Assembly: GCF_018350175.1 (NCBI RefSeq)
Contig: NC_058368.1
Coordinates: 233,680,001 to 233,744,000, forward strand
Direction: 5' to 3'
From: Felis catus
Taxonomy: Eukaryota
Length of the DNA: 64,000 nt
Each line of letters starts with the position of its first letter. The stretch's first letter is position 1. Positions 12,624 to 25,430 of this stretch are shown here, piece after piece. A program made the translations under genes and the position numbers. The notes beneath the pieces were generated by a model that worked only from the letters and a program-made list of their open reading frames with translations, made no database searches and had not been told where the DNA came from.

Positions 12624-14064
12624 CTGGAAACATATAAAAGTGCTTCCCACGTGCTTATTGTGACTTTACAACAGAGCCTCATAGCATCTCTGCGCTCAGG
12701 TAATTCCTAAAATGAAATCGAGATTGTCCGCCGCACCTTTCTTTGCCTTCTGAGCCCACACCATCGGCCAGGCCTGGAGGAGTCCTTGGACACAGGATCC
12801 AGGACTTGCTCACCAGGATGGCTTAGCGACGGTGACATCCAAGCCTGTGTGAGAGGCACCTGTCTCAGTCTTGAACAGCAGGAAAAACATTATGAGAAGA
12901 GCCCCAACACAGAGGGGTGGCCAGAGGGGTGGAAAGCGTGAGGTTGGGACAGAAAGCACCTGTGGATTCATACGCTTAGGCCAGAAGCCTAGACTGTATC
13001 AGGGGCTCCCAGTAGGCGGGTGATACTATCCCAAGTGGCTCTAGAAAGAACACCCCGCCCCGGCAAACTGGGCTGCAGGGGCCGAGCGGAAGACAGGCGG
13101 AAGCCTGGGTAGCATTTCAATTGGAGAAATAAAGAGGATCTGAGCTTAGGTAGTCACAGAAAAGAAAGGGACAAGGGTACAGACTTGAGGACCTCTGGCC
13201 TCCGTCCTGAGCAAGTCGGCAGGATCACAGAAAAAAACCGCAACTTGCCAGTCCAGAGCAGAACCCCAACTGCGCTGGTTGCCGCACTACGAACCCAGAT
13301 CCCCTCAGGGCTGTGGCTTCGTGGATCCCCACGATCCATCGTGGATCCCCTTCAGAGCCGCCTGCCCAGGGCCGCCCAGGTGCAGCTGAGCAGCTCGGTG
13401 GCCGCCTGGCACTGGTATCAGGCCAGTCCTACCGCCCAGCTTAGGTAGGTGACTCCAATGGACCACCCCACCCTCCACTCCGACCTCCGAGATCCGTGCA
13501 GGACGAGCCGCGGCCTCAGTACAGTCCACCTCCCACAGTCCAACCTGCTTCCTTCCCTTCTCTCATGGGTGTCAATCTCAGGAGACACCCCACTCAACTT
13601 CCTGCACACTTGACCCACCGACCTTGACCCCTGGAGCCCCACTGGCAGCAGCATCACCTCCGGAGCATTAGAGAAGCAGAGGGCCACCAGGTGCAAGCAT
13701 AGGAACCGCTCTCCACGGATGGGCTGAATGGATCGATGGAGAAAACAAAGTAACTGGTTCAATGATTTCTGTGCTTATATAAAGCACGTTCTAAATTATC
13801 CCAAATGGCAATCAGTAATCATTACAGAAAGATAAAAATGATGAATACAGACAGTTAATTTTAAAGTTAGGATGTCAACAACACCGTTAGGGGTATCGGG
13901 ATATATAAAGCAGTGGTTTCAATATGTTTTTTAGTCCTAGATATCAATGGGCTATTTTTTAAACTATATGCCAAAATTACTGAAACATTTTTCTGCATAT
14001 GATGCACAAAAAGAAGAAGAACCAAACCGATAAAGTACAAATAACACTGAGCTAATCTGCTCAC

Positions 14065-14126
14065 TTATGAGGTTCACCACACATCAGTTTTATGTAACTC
14101 CTGTTTTTATTAGTTTCTAGGTCTTC
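14065..14126 (-). pseudogene. Downstream exon (phase 0-2): EDLETNKNRSYIKLMCGEPH
   Basis: Strong acceptor ccatttatccttgtttttgtag, donor TAA|gtgagc. The preceding intron is only 51 nt. Confidence 0.55.
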
Positions 14127-14177
14127 CTACAAAAACAAGGATAAATGGAAGAGAGTAGGTAACAAAACACAAAATAC

Positions 14178-14228
14178 CTTTTCGGATTGGATTATCTCCA
14201 CAGCGAACACGGATATGTGACAATACAT
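14178..14228 (-). pseudogene. Downstream exon (phase 0-0): MYCHISVFAVEIIQSEK
   Basis: Acceptor gtaatgttcaag, donor AAG|gtattt. 51 nt. Confidence 0.55.
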
Positions 14229-14487
14229 CTTGAACATTACAGAGTTCTACTTATTAAAGAGATGTAATTTATTGATAAACTGAGGAAAACCCTCAGCTGC
14301 CCTCTGTCAATCTATATGAAGGCACTTCCCCGACAGACCTGTTCAGGTCTGCCTTTGGGATGGTTACTTGAGGTAACTTAGACCACAGAGATTTAAGACA
14401 CTTAGCCATTTGTCATGCAATCCCACCCCCAAAACGATGCCTTAAATGTATACATATGCGTATCTCTATTTGCAGCTTCCCATTCAC

Positions 14488-14572
14488 CGTACTGGTGTGG
14501 CGGGGGACAGACCAAAGTCCGCTTGCTGTAAACTGTGAACAGTTACATATTCCCATTTGAAAATAATTCCAT
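14488..14572 (-). pseudogene. Downstream exon (phase 2-0): WNYFQMGICNCSQFTASGLWSVPRHTST
   Basis: Acceptor tcttttctctgttattag, donor ACG|gtgaat. 85 nt. Confidence 0.65.
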
Positions 14573-15219
14573 CTAATAACAGAGAAAAGAACTTCTGAAA
14601 GACGTAAACGGTGGCATTAACAGAATACAAGGACAGCTCTCACAGAAGCTGTTCGTATCACACAACTCCTACCTGTTGTAAGGGGAAGAAAGCTCCTATC
14701 AATTACGTGTATTCTAGTCTATGAGAACGCCTACTTACTCTCAAAGTAATAGTGAACCTCCAATCACGTATCAGATTTCCTTCTCTCTTTCCTTCTCTTG
14801 GAAGTAATATCCCTTCCCACTAAGAATGACAAATTTTACCACTCCATTCTTCAAAGTATTCACCCCCCCCCCACCGATTAAATGAAATGTTAAGCCTGTC
14901 TTCAAAGATCAATCAGAAAGCCCCGAAATCAAGGATAACAGAAGGGCAATCGAATGCTCCCGGTCTACCTGGCCACCTCTGTATCTGTCAGCCGCCCGTC
15001 TTAAGTCACCAGGCAACAGCTCAGGTTTGTACAGCTGGTCTCAAAGAGTGAACATCACCCTACGCTCACTTGGAGAGAAAGAACAAAAGCAATTCAAGAA
15101 TGCAGGACATTTAGGATGTTTTAAGTTTGCCCTCCTGGGAGAATCCTGGGTATCCACCATCAAATGTCCCTCTCCAGGTTGGCACTGGGGACCCAGGGAT
15201 CACACAGAGGTGTGTATAC

Positions 15220-15221
<2 letters not shown>

Positions 15222-15258
<37 letters not shown>

Positions 15259-15259
15259 C
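15222..15259. repeat. (TG)n(CG)n microsatellite
   Basis: Seen directly. Confidence 0.95.
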
Positions 15260-15509
15260 ATATGTATACTTAGGCTTTTACAATATTTCTTTAGAGTTTT
15301 TTAAATTTAAAAATCTTTAAAATTTATAAAAGCCCCATTATGAATGGACACACCTGGGGGTGCAGACTCTGATGTCCAGCTGCTCCCAGAGACAACGTGG
15401 CTAGAGTAGCTCATCAGATTTCTCTCAGTCTTATGTGTTCTTCATGAAAAAAAGTCAGTTATTTTCACCATAGATTATATCATTCCTTTCATAAATAAAA
15501 ATGCTATAT

Positions 15510-15728
15510 TTAAAAAAAATTTTTTTGACCTTTATTCATTTTTGAGAGACAGAGACAGACTGTGAGTGGGGGAGGAGCAGAGAGGGATGGAGACACAGAA
15601 TGCAAAGCAGGCTCCAGGCTCTGAGCTGTCAGCACAGAGCCGGATGCGGGGCTCGAACTCATGGACCGTGAGATCCTGACCTGAGCCAAAGTCAGACACT
15701 CAACCAACTGAGCCACCCAGGTGCCCCC
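15510..15728 (-). mobile_element. Can-SINE (feline type)
   Basis: TSD AAAATGCTATATTT. Confidence 0.93.
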
Positions 15729-15997
15729 AAAATGCTATATTTTTAAAAAATGTATCATTTTTATTCATAGTACTAGATGCTCATTAAAATAAACACAGAA
15801 GATTCAAACGAGGGTAAGCCAATGTACGTATCTCTATACCCATTGGTCATTCCTTTTATTTATTATCTAGATATTTATCCTTCTATCTTTTTTTCAAGAT
15901 AAATTTTGGGATTCTACTTTAATTTTGTGATGACCTATCACAATTAGGACATTAATAAACCTTCATTTCGTAACTTTTACTTAGGTACCAGTAGATT

Positions 15998-16215
15998 TAA
16001 AAAAAATTTTTTTTAATGTTGATTTATTTTTGAGAGAGACAGAGAGACAGAGTGCAAGCAGAGGAGGGGCAGAGAGAGAGAGACACAGAATCCAAAGCAG
16101 GCTCCAGGCTCTGAGCTGTCAGCACACAGCCCGACGCAGGACTCGAACTCACAAACAACAAGACCATGACCTGAACCGAAGTCGGACACTTCACCGATTG
16201 AGGCACCCAGGTCCC
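15998..16215 (-). mobile_element. Can-SINE (feline type)
   Basis: TSD GGTACCAGTAGAT. Confidence 0.93.
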
Positions 16216-16730
16216 GGTACCAGTAGATATTTTGGAACCTACAATGTCCTTGTGCCTCTATGAAGATCAAATGCCATCTTTTGCTTATTTGCAGATAGTT
16301 CACCAGATGTGGAGGTGATGTGTTGAAGGAGATGCACATGGCAAGACTTAGAGCAAAATCCTTTCCAAGGATGAGCCGTGGCCTCCACTCCAGCGGCAGC
16401 ACAGAAGGAGACCTGTTTTGTGTTTGCTGATCTTTCCGTTTGGCAAGTGTCATACCCTTGACACGCTAGTCTGAATGTATTTATTATTGGTGAGACGGAG
16501 CTTAGTTCTTTCACTTGTATTGGTGCTGTGCATTTTACATTCCTGTCTCTGTCGGCTCCTCTTTGGCGTTTTTGATCTCTTTTTATTGATGTGAAAAAGC
16601 TCTCCATATTTCAAGAACGTAAGTCTTCTGCTTCTCGGGTACGTTTCCAGGATTTCCTCAACCAACAATCCATTTTCACAATTGTTTATCATGTCTCTGT
16701 GCTTGCTTTTTAGACTTATAAAACTTTGGA

Positions 16731-16858
16731 GGGGCGCCTGGGTGGCTGTCTATTAAGTGTGTGACTCTTGATCTCAGGTCAGGTCTTATCTCAGGGTCTT
16801 GAGCTCAAGCCCCACATTGGTTCTCCATGGCAGGCATGGAGTCTACTTAAAAAAAAAA
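16731..16858 (+). mobile_element. Short Can-SINE
   Basis: tRNA-like head and poly-A, no CT tract. Confidence 0.85.
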
Positions 16859-16899
16859 TTCTTTTTGAATGTGTGTGTAGCCACATGTACTAAGATTCA

Positions 16900-17560
16900 G
16901 AGGGAGAAAGGGGTCCAGTGTGTAGAACTGGTAAAAAGCAGGCTGACAACTAACAGTTGGATTTAGCAACATGCACATTATAGTGACCTTGGCCAGGTGA
17001 CCTTGACAAGAACAGTTTCCTCCAAATGGGCTGATCCTGGGACCTCTGCTCCCCTTTGGCTACTCTTACTTGTTCCCTAGTCTCATCCACTCTGGAGGAG
17101 TGTGGGGTCCAGGGAAACCTGTGATCAGAGAGCAAAGGCAATGAATGCTTTCAAGGAGTGTTGTTAGAAATGGAAAGAGAGGAACACGGTGGTCGCCCAT
17201 GGAAAATACGGTCAAGAATGTTGCTTTGTAAGATGTAAGAAATAGCACACTGGCGTGCTGATGGAGATCCAGTAGGGAGAGAGATGTCAGGAGGTAGCAG
17301 AGAAGGAAGAAATTCACACCCTTGGATAGCGGGGAGACCTGAAAGCTGGCCAGGAGGAAGGGCAGGCCCAAGACAACAGACCTGCTGTCAGATTAAAGGC
17401 CATGATGGGCAGGAAGGCCCAGGACAGGGGCGTAGAGAGGTGGAAATGGTGAGGAAGCTCTCCAGATTGCTGAGAACGTGCCGGTGGGATAGGAGATGTT
17501 TATCAGCTCAGAGTGACCATCAGGACGGAGAAGAGGGAAGGCTTGGAACAGTTCTCTGAA
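16900..17560 (-). mobile_element. L2 LINE fragment
   Basis: L2-like motifs (ggatttagcaacatg..tgaccttgacaagaacagtttc, ctttcaaggagtgttgt). Confidence 0.55.
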
Positions 17561-17760
17561 GCAGTTACCTTCCGGGAGGTGCAAGGGGGAGTGTAGGGTC
17601 CCAGTCCCTCCCCAGCAGGGTGCTGCAGCTCTCCATTTATTCACAGTACTTCAGGCACGTGCCTTCTGGAGGTCAATCCAGAAACAACTGCATGATTTTC
17701 TTGGCAAAGGTCCAACACAACAAAGGTTGTCAGCGAGTTTATTCCTTTGAAAACTTTGTA

Positions 17761-17991
17761 GGGTCGCCTGGGTGGCTCAGAGGGTTGAGTGTCCGACTTT
17801 GGCTCAGCTCATGATCTCACAATCCAGGAGTTCGAGCCCCGCGTCGGGCTCTGTGCTGACAGCTCGGAGCCTGGAGCCTGCTTCTGATTCTCTGTCTCCC
17901 TCTCTCTCCCCGCCCCTTCCTCACTGGTGCTCTGTCTGTGTCTCTCTCTCTCTCTCTTTCAAAAATAAATAAACATTAAAAAAAAAAAAAA
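17761..17991 (+). mobile_element. Can-SINE (feline type)
   Basis: TSD GAAAACT[T/C]TGTAG. Confidence 0.93.
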
Positions 17992-18784
17992 GAAAACTCT
18001 GTAGTGTTGTAGATCTTGCACACTGGATTATTTCTCTCTACTACGTTTTCTAAGTGGGGGTGTTATTAGATCACACATAAACCTTGAAAGCGGTATATTT
18101 ATTTTTTACCTGGTCACTTGGAAGACTCCCCAAAGCATTATTAACCATCATGTTTTCAGTTCAGTAGCATATACGTGGACTAAAAGTTGAGGAAATCTTA
18201 ACTGAGTTCAAATTACATCTTGTCAAGTGGAAGAGTATTTCATACACGAACAGATGGGTGAAGAGTGGCTAAGGAGGCCTTACAGGAATAGCATTCAACT
18301 TTTTAAAACCTGGGTTTCCGCACTTATGAAAGATAAAATCTGCCCTACGAACGTTGTAATGATCAATAAGTTCTGTGTAAGACTACTTGTAAGCTGTCCG
18401 GTTATACATAAATGGCAACTGTTATTATTAGCTAAGAGTAAGAACACTTCAGATCAGTGGGGCTTACCAGAGTGAAGGACGCCTGAATTGTGTTTTGCAT
18501 GTTGCTCAGGATTCCCCGTGTTAAAGATGAAGCAGGAGGGAGGGAGAGGGAGAGAGGGAACAAGGAGACGTGTCCTTGGTGTTGGAGCTTGAGGAAGCGG
18601 GCGGGGCCAGCAGAAGCAGCCAAGTCTGAAATACCTGCTTGCTGCTGCCTTCTGGGACCTTCTGCCTGACACCCCCTCACCCATCTTGGGTCACCGCCCT
18701 GGGCTCCACATACCTCAGAACTGCAGTCATGTAGGAAGCATTACAGAACTTCCCCACTGTAAAGGAGCATTCAAACCCCATTAC

Positions 18785-18865
18785 CTTAAATAGTGGAAGG
18801 CCCTATTCCATTTTTGCATGACATTCATGACACGAAATGTTTTCAGTACTCCAAATAAGAATAAC
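18785..18865 (-). pseudogene. Downstream exon (phase 2-2): LFLFGVLKTFRVMNVMQKWNRAFHYL
   Basis: Acceptor gcattttgttttag, donor AAG|gtaatg. 81 nt. Confidence 0.65.
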
Positions 18866-19268
18866 CTAAAACAAAATGCAATTGGTTTTTCTAAGATGGG
18901 ACGCATTCTTTCTTGAAATGTGTTGCGGTTGTCAATCACCGAAAAGCTAGAGTATTCTCTGAGCAGCTGAATAAGTTACACATTCTTCAATCACAGGCTC
19001 CAGTTTAAAAGTTGAAGCCTTATACCATTTCTAAATCAGAAGGGGAAATACACATATGGACAGGTTAAGAACCATAAAAATTCCCTTAAGTCATGACTCT
19101 TTTAATTTAAAACTAGATTCCTATAGTAATTGTACCATCTTAGAAATAAACAAGTTGAATCTTATGGATGGAACAGGTTCCCTGAAGTGTAGCTAAAATC
19201 GTAAACCAGAAAGTACGAGCCAATCCAGTGTATCCGAGACCTCAGGCTTTATTTATAAATCTTGTCAC

Positions 19269-19338
19269 CCTTTCAAGTATGCCCCCTTGCAGAAGGGTGT
19301 ACTTTTGCTCCTAATGTCCTCATGCTGAATTTGGATCC
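19269..19338 (-). pseudogene. Downstream exon (phase 1-2): IQIQHEDIRSKSTPFCKGAYLK
   Basis: Acceptor ttaatgcttttag, donor AGG|gtgaca. Only one frame is open and it is the phase-compatible one. Confidence 0.55.
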
Positions 19339-19470
19339 CTAAAAGCATTAACACAAGGAACATATTCATGAACTAGGCGTACAATATAATGACCTATTTC
19401 AGATTCCAAGGATATTACCAAAAACACATCATAAATTTCACCGTGGTTTCTGCTAAGGTTTTTTCCCCCA

Positions 19471-19608
19471 AGTGTTTGTTTATTTAATGTGAGAGAGGGA
19501 GAGAGCGAATCCCAAGTAGGCCCCATGCTGACACGGGGCTTGATCGTGTGAACTAGGAACCAAATCCAGAGGTGGACACTCAACTGACTGAGCCACCCAA
19601 GCACCCCC
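19471..19608 (-). mobile_element. Can-SINE (internally deleted)
   Basis: Reverse SINEC; flanking ctgctaag. Confidence 0.8.
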
Positions 19609-20066
19609 CTGCTAAGTTTTAATCATCCAAATCCTGACAATTCTATATTTTTGAGACACTAGTCTACAAAGTAAAATGTAACTACTCATTTCCGTAAGCT
19701 CACACAATCATAAAATCAAGCAGCATCTTACTTACATAAATGACACCCTAAATTATCAAGTTAAAATGGAAAACCATCCGCCCTCTTGCAGTAGACGGCA
19801 GAGTGTTGCCCAGTGTCCTGTGTGTAGCTGTGGTGATACACAAAGCCCCCGTGTTTCCCTGTAACCCCCAACGTGACTCAAAGTTTTCTATCCCTTCGGT
19901 TTATTCTAAGGTGTCATCGGTGCAAAATAAATATACTTTTGAAAGAACATGTATCTCAAGCTGGGGATTCCTCCCGTAAAATAACATTATCAGAGCACAT
20001 TACGTTCAATAATGCTGTGCAAACAGAGGTGGCTCTGTTTGCCTTTGAAGATTAGCCTTACCTTAC

Positions 20067-20117
20067 CGTAAAATATTAGATGACGAAACAATCAAACCGT
20101 ATCAAACGTTTCCATTT
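20067..20117 (-). pseudogene. Downstream symmetric exon (phase 1-1) with a stop: MET FDTV*LFRHLIFY
   Basis: Acceptor ctgttttaaag, donor ACG|gtaagg. 51 nt, fits in phase between its neighbours. One TGA. Confidence 0.5.
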
Positions 20118-21115
20118 CTTTAAAACAGTTCAATAAACACTTATTAAGCAACAAAGACGCGCCATTCACTCAACAAATATTTGAGTGCCTAGTGTGTCCA
20201 AATACATTCTGTGATCATTACGATTATATATACACACGCATATAGGCATAAACACACACACGTAGGGGTGCACGTGTAAGAAACCAAAGGGAAGAGCAGA
20301 AATATTCTCCCATTTCGATGCCACTCCAGTTGTACATGTCGGCCAATAGCTGTGTTAGTATCAGTTATAGGTTGGTTTAAAGCTCTCTACTCTGGGAGAA
20401 CAGGATCCTTGTTAATCGTCTCATCAGTCAAGCAGACCTGCGTGAGCCCAACTGTTGAGACACTGAGCCCACCAACAAGACAGCCTTTCTCACCTGGAGG
20501 CATTCACAGGTTCACTACTGTTCACTGCTCACAGGTTACTACTAGTAGGTTACCCCCTCCCAGGAGGAGAGGGGCAGGTCCCGGGCTGGCCATGCCGATA
20601 AAGCCAACATATAAGAAGTTACGGGAACCCCGTACAGCCACATCACACCGCTTGTACTAGTCAGTATTGTACATTCATTCATTCATTCATTCAATCAGTC
20701 ACGAAATTCCTTCTGCTATTTTTAATCCCCCATGCGCCTCGCAGGGTAAAAGGCTGATTAAGGCAAAGTGAACGTCCTGAAATTAACATCAGGGTCCATT
20801 CACAGAAAGCAAATCGCTGCTTGCCGACCTACATGACGGATGTAACTAAACCATTTCGGTGTTTCACTGAAATCACTGTAAGATCAGGAAGAGACATGAG
20901 AGATCAGAAGCACAGTAAAGATGACAGGCTCCATCTACATACAGGCCGGTCAGCTGCACACAGAGACTGGGTTCGGCTGTGCAATACAAGGCCCTCAGTT
21001 CCGACTTGGCCTCAAACAATGCTTTAGGCAAAGGGCTTTTATCTAAAAACACAAAACCTATACACTGAAGATCAGAGCAGATTACATTTCTAAAACCTCC
21101 ATCAACAGAAAATAC

Positions 21116-21239
21116 CTGTGCCTTTATACACAGCCCACGCTGTCACTCGCACAAGGCTGACCTGCTGGGTCAAAGCAGGGAATGACTTTCCTGCCTGCAA
21201 GGTGACCATCTTGCCATGAAGATGAGGATTTTCTGGCAC
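21116..21239 (-). pseudogene. Downstream exon (phase 0-1): VPENPHLHGKMVTLQAGKSFPALTQQVSLVRVTAWAVYKGT
   Basis: Acceptor ccatacag, donor CAG|gtattt. 124 nt, only one frame open. Confidence 0.6.
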
Positions 21240-21811
21240 CTGTATGGTGTAACTACAGCACGTAGAAGGAGAACCACAGAAGAGAGCCTCTATTTGCAGA
21301 ATACTCCCACTCCACACTGACAATTCAGCAAAAGCGGCTTGAACAAATGCATCCTTTCAAATACCTATTTCTTTAAAACTGAACGTTCCAGAATCATGCA
21401 GCTACTCTAAAGCATATCAGGAGGGCATGACATAGGAGAAATTCGGCTGGGTTTAAGGGTATCAAATCACTTTTCAGTTTTCTGAAAAACAATTCGATAT
21501 CCACTTTCTAGTTTTCTGAAAAAAACAACTCAATATCCAATGCCTCCTGGCTTCACTGTCTCTTTTCATGGGGCCTTCTCTGCAAGAAACATAGCCTTTA
21601 CTGCAAACATATCTTATTGCTTTTTATAACCCATTATCCTCGAGGAAATGGAGACAGAAGTGGGGATAAACTTAAGAACAGGACATAATGTCAAATGTAG
21701 AACACACTTTGCCAGAGAAACTGCATCTGGAGAAATGATTTGCAGAGCTAAAATTTTGTGGTTTTCACAAAGTAATTTTTAATGTGTTTTTTTACTCTTT
21801 TATTTTCTTAT

Positions 21812-22030
21812 TATTTTTTAATGTCTATTTATGAGAGAGAGAGAGAGACAGCGTGAGCAAGCATGAGCAGGGGAGGGGCAGAGAGAGACGGAGACACAGA
21901 ATCAGAGGCAGGCTCCAGGCTCCGAGCCGTCAGCACAGAGCCCGATGTGGGGCTCGAACCCACAAAGTGTGAGCTCATGACCTGAGCTGAAGTTGGACAC
22001 TTAACCCAATGAGCCACCCAGGTGCCCCCC
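21812..22030 (-). mobile_element. Can-SINE (feline type)
   Basis: Reverse SINEC. Confidence 0.92.
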
Positions 22031-22099
22031 GAAGTTATTTTAAATTTCCTGACGTCATAGTGATACTTCAAGCGTAAGAGAAAGGAAGCCATGGAATCT

Positions 22100-22662
22100 C
22101 TTTCTTCCCAGCTTTATTGAGATACACTTGCCATATAACATCGTAGAAGTTTAAGGTGTATGTGTTGGTGTGGTTACCCTCCTGTTCTGGGCGATGACTG
22201 CCCCAAGAGTTCGCTAACCCCCGTCGCCTCAGGTGGTTACCACGTCTTTTCTGGGGTAAGATTTTTTTTTTTTTGGATACATGCACCTCTGTGTTTATTG
22301 CGACAGTACGTACAATAGTCAAGACACAGAGTAAGATCCATTCACTCACCAACTCACTGAGTACACGGCACTCTTGAGTGTATCACGCGGTACGTCAGAT
22401 CTCCGGAATTTATTCATCTCGTAACTATAAGTTTCTGCTCTTTGGCCAACATCTCCCCATTTCCCCTGCCTCCAGCCCCCGGCAACTGCCAGTCTGTGCT
22501 CTATGAGTCTGGGTGTTTTTTAGATTCCACATTTAAGTAAGATCATATGGTATCTGTCTTTCTGTGTCTGGCTTCTCTCCCTTGGCACATGCCTTCATGA
22601 TCCAACCACAGTGTCACAAATGACATGAGTTCCTTGTTTCTACTGACTAAATGATATTCCAT

Positions 22663-22693
<31 letters not shown>

Positions 22694-22724
22694 GTGTGTG
22701 TGTGTGTGGGTGTGTGGGTGTGGG

Positions 22725-22755
<31 letters not shown>

Positions 22756-23730
22756 CCGCAGGTGGACACTTACAAGTTGTTTCCATAGCTTTGACAACTG
22801 TGGCTAACACTGCAATGAACATGGGAGGGCAGATATCTTTCGAGATTGCGATTTCCTTTCCTTTGGATACAGACCCAGAAGTGGGATGGCTGGCTTATAC
22901 GGTACGTGTTTTTAATTTCGGAGTCTAGTCCATACTGTTTTCCACAGAGGCTGCACCAATTCACATTCCCACCCACGGTGCGCGAGGGTTCCCTTTTCCC
23001 CACACCCCCGCCAACACTTGTGATGTCTTGTCTTTTTGAGGAGAGCCTTTCTAACAGGTGTAAGATGATAGGTCATGGTGTTTGTTTTTGTTTTTAATGG
23101 AAGTAGAGGTGATGCACAACGTTACATTAGTTCCAAGTGTGCAACATAGTGATGTGACCAGTGTATATGTTGTGCTCATCACCAGTGTGGTTACCGTCTG
23201 TCACCACCCAACACTACTACCGTCCTACTGTGCGCCTACGCTCTTTCCTATGATGGGCCTTCTGCCCCTGTGATTTATTCATTTCACAACCAGAAGCCTG
23301 TATTTCCCTCTTCTCTTGGTCCATTTCACTCATCCCCCCCACCCCTCCCCTCTGGCAACCATCAGTGTGTTCTCTGTATTTATGGGTCTGTTTTTCTGTG
23401 TGGTTTAGATTTATTTATTTTTTTTTTTTTGGTTTAGATTCCACATATAAGTGAAATCAAATGGTATTCACCTTTCTCTGGGTTATTTTATTTAGCATTA
23501 CGTCCTCTAGGTTTTGATTTGCATTTCCCTAATGAGGAGTGATGTTGAGCATCTTTTCATGCACCTGTTGGCCTTTTGTATGTCTTCTTAGAAAAATGTC
23601 TGTTCAGTTCCTCTGCCCACCTTTTTGAATGGGATCGTTTGTGGGTTTTGGCCACTGAAGTTCCTGAGTCCTTGAAAATTTGGGGTATTAGCCTCTGAGC
23701 AGGTTTATAGCTGGCAAATAACTTCTCCTC
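22100..23730 (-). mobile_element. Carnivore L1 3' fragments with a nested L1 3' piece (about 23090-23510) and an internal TG/CA microsatellite
   Basis: ORF2-end similarity ([17 protein letters not shown]) and repeated ttagattccacat 3' UTR motifs. Confidence 0.8.
22663..22755. repeat. (TG)n followed by (CA)n, self-complementary microsatellite
   Basis: Seen directly. Confidence 0.95.
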
Positions 23731-23798
23731 TTTTCATACAGCACCAGAGCACAGCTCCTCTTCGCTATTACCAGGGGGCAGTAAAGAGTGAAGGCAAT

Positions 23799-23962
23799 GG
23801 GGGTCTGGGTGGCTCATTCAGTGAAGCGTCCGAGTCTTGATTTTGGGTCAAGTCATGATCCCAGGGCCATGGGGTCGAGCTCCACGTCGGGCTCCATGCC
23901 AGGCGTGGAGCCTGCTCTGCCCCTCCCCCACTTGTGCACACTCTCTTTCTCAAAAAAAAAAA
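23799..23962 (+). mobile_element. Can-SINE
   Basis: Head and poly-A; flanking aaa[g/a]agtgaag. Confidence 0.85.
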
Positions 23963-24029
23963 GTGAAGATAACGAACTTCAAAAGTGTGTTCTCATCAGA
24001 CACGTTATTTACATACAGAAGATCCGTTA

Positions 24030-25430
24030 GGAGAATGTAGACATAGCAGAAGATTCAGGACTTCGAGTGACTCTCCATGTGGCTGTCTCAATGCTGCCTC
24101 AGACTTAAGATCTCCGGAACACGACTCTGGATTCTTCCCACAAACCTGGACCCACCACGGTCTTGCCCACTCCAGAAGAGGGCTGGCTTCCACCCCGTTA
24201 CAAAAGCCTGTAAGTCACCCTCGATTCGCGTCACTGAAAAACACACCCCGACCCTGCCGGGTCTCCTCTGCTACCACCGCCCGCGCACCCTCATCCCTCC
24301 TGCAGCCGCTGGGAGGTCCTCACCCCTCTGATCCCTCACCACACATCTGCCCCTTCCTCCACGCCCCGCCACAGGTGCAGGGACCTCTGGAAAAGGCAAA
24401 CTGCATTCCCATCCCTCTCGCTGCTGCACACTGTGTTCTCTCTTCCACGTCCATTCTCCGTCCTTGTCCACACTCCCACGTGCCTGGAAGGCTGGTGTTT
24501 GAGAAGTGGATGTTTTGGCTTCCTGTTGTGTTTGCCCATTGGAGGCACAGACAGGAAGTGGGAGAGCACACCCCACTGGGTCACTGAAGGCCAGCCCCCC
24601 TCCAGTAGAAGCCAGGGCTCCCTAGGGACTCTCCTGGAACCCGTATGACCGGGTTCTAGGGCTCCTGCTCCCTCCTTCCCATTTCAGGCTCCGGTGGTAA
24701 CAGCTCCCGGTTGTAGGTGACCTTGACCTTCACCCTCCCAGGCTGGCTTCTCTTATGCTGGCCCAGACCTCTGAACAGTACCTTCATTAGCTGCTTCCCA
24801 GTCACCCCATGTGGATGTGCCCATCTGTTTTCTGCAGGAACTCTGGTTGGCACAGTCAACTTTTACAATCCCCCAGCCGCTCCCCAGGGTGCTGAGAGGA
24901 CAATCCGCTTCTTCCCGTGGTGACCTGTAGGGTCAACGCCACCCCCGCCTCCTGCCTCCCTCTGGAGGCCTCACCGGCCAGACTCAGGGCCCTTTTGTCG
25001 GATCCTGCTGTACTCCCCACCCCGGGGTTCATTGATAACTTCTCTGCCTGGGACACTTTCTCCCAAACCCCTACCCCAACCTGCCCCAACTAAACTCTCA
25101 ACTAGTCTGGCTCCTCTTCTGACTTTGGGTTTCAGCTTCCATTTCCTCTCTTCAAAGAGGTCACCACCCGCTATGTCCCCCCATGTCAGACCCCACTCTG
25201 TGACCCCTATCATAGCACCCTACTAAAATCATTCATAGCAAGCCTGCCAATGTTTTCCTTCATTTCATTATTTCTTTACTTTCTAATATGTATCGTCTGC
25301 CTCCTTCCTGGGTTGTGAGGACCCTGGAGACAGCTCGGTCTGTCCTGGTCATCTGCAGTACCTTCGTCACGGAGCTCTGTGCCTGGCCTGCGGTACTCAG
25401 GGAGGCTTTGCTCAATGCGCAGAGGAATGC
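24030..25430 (+). mobile_element. L2 fragments, with a possible ERVL-type LTR remnant at about 24550-24880
   Basis: Pyrimidine-rich L2 motifs and an L2 3' end (gtgcctggcctgcggtactcagggaggctttg). Confidence 0.45.

Noticed and set aside
21180..21210. LQAGKS as a Walker A motif
   Set aside because: No Walker B or other NTPase motif is recognisable downstream, so it is left unassigned.
11453..21239. Resemblance of downstream exons to XDH/aldehyde oxidase (VTAWAVYKGTG, YFNQSLESF) or to the dynein C-terminus (GAYLKGLFL)
   Set aside because: The matches are short, fall in different frames and have incompatible spacing.
23985..24587. 200-aa plus-strand ORF (and the 190-aa ORF at 51864..52436)
   Set aside because: GC-rich, Pro/Ser-biased frames over L2/L1 remnants with no recognisable domain.
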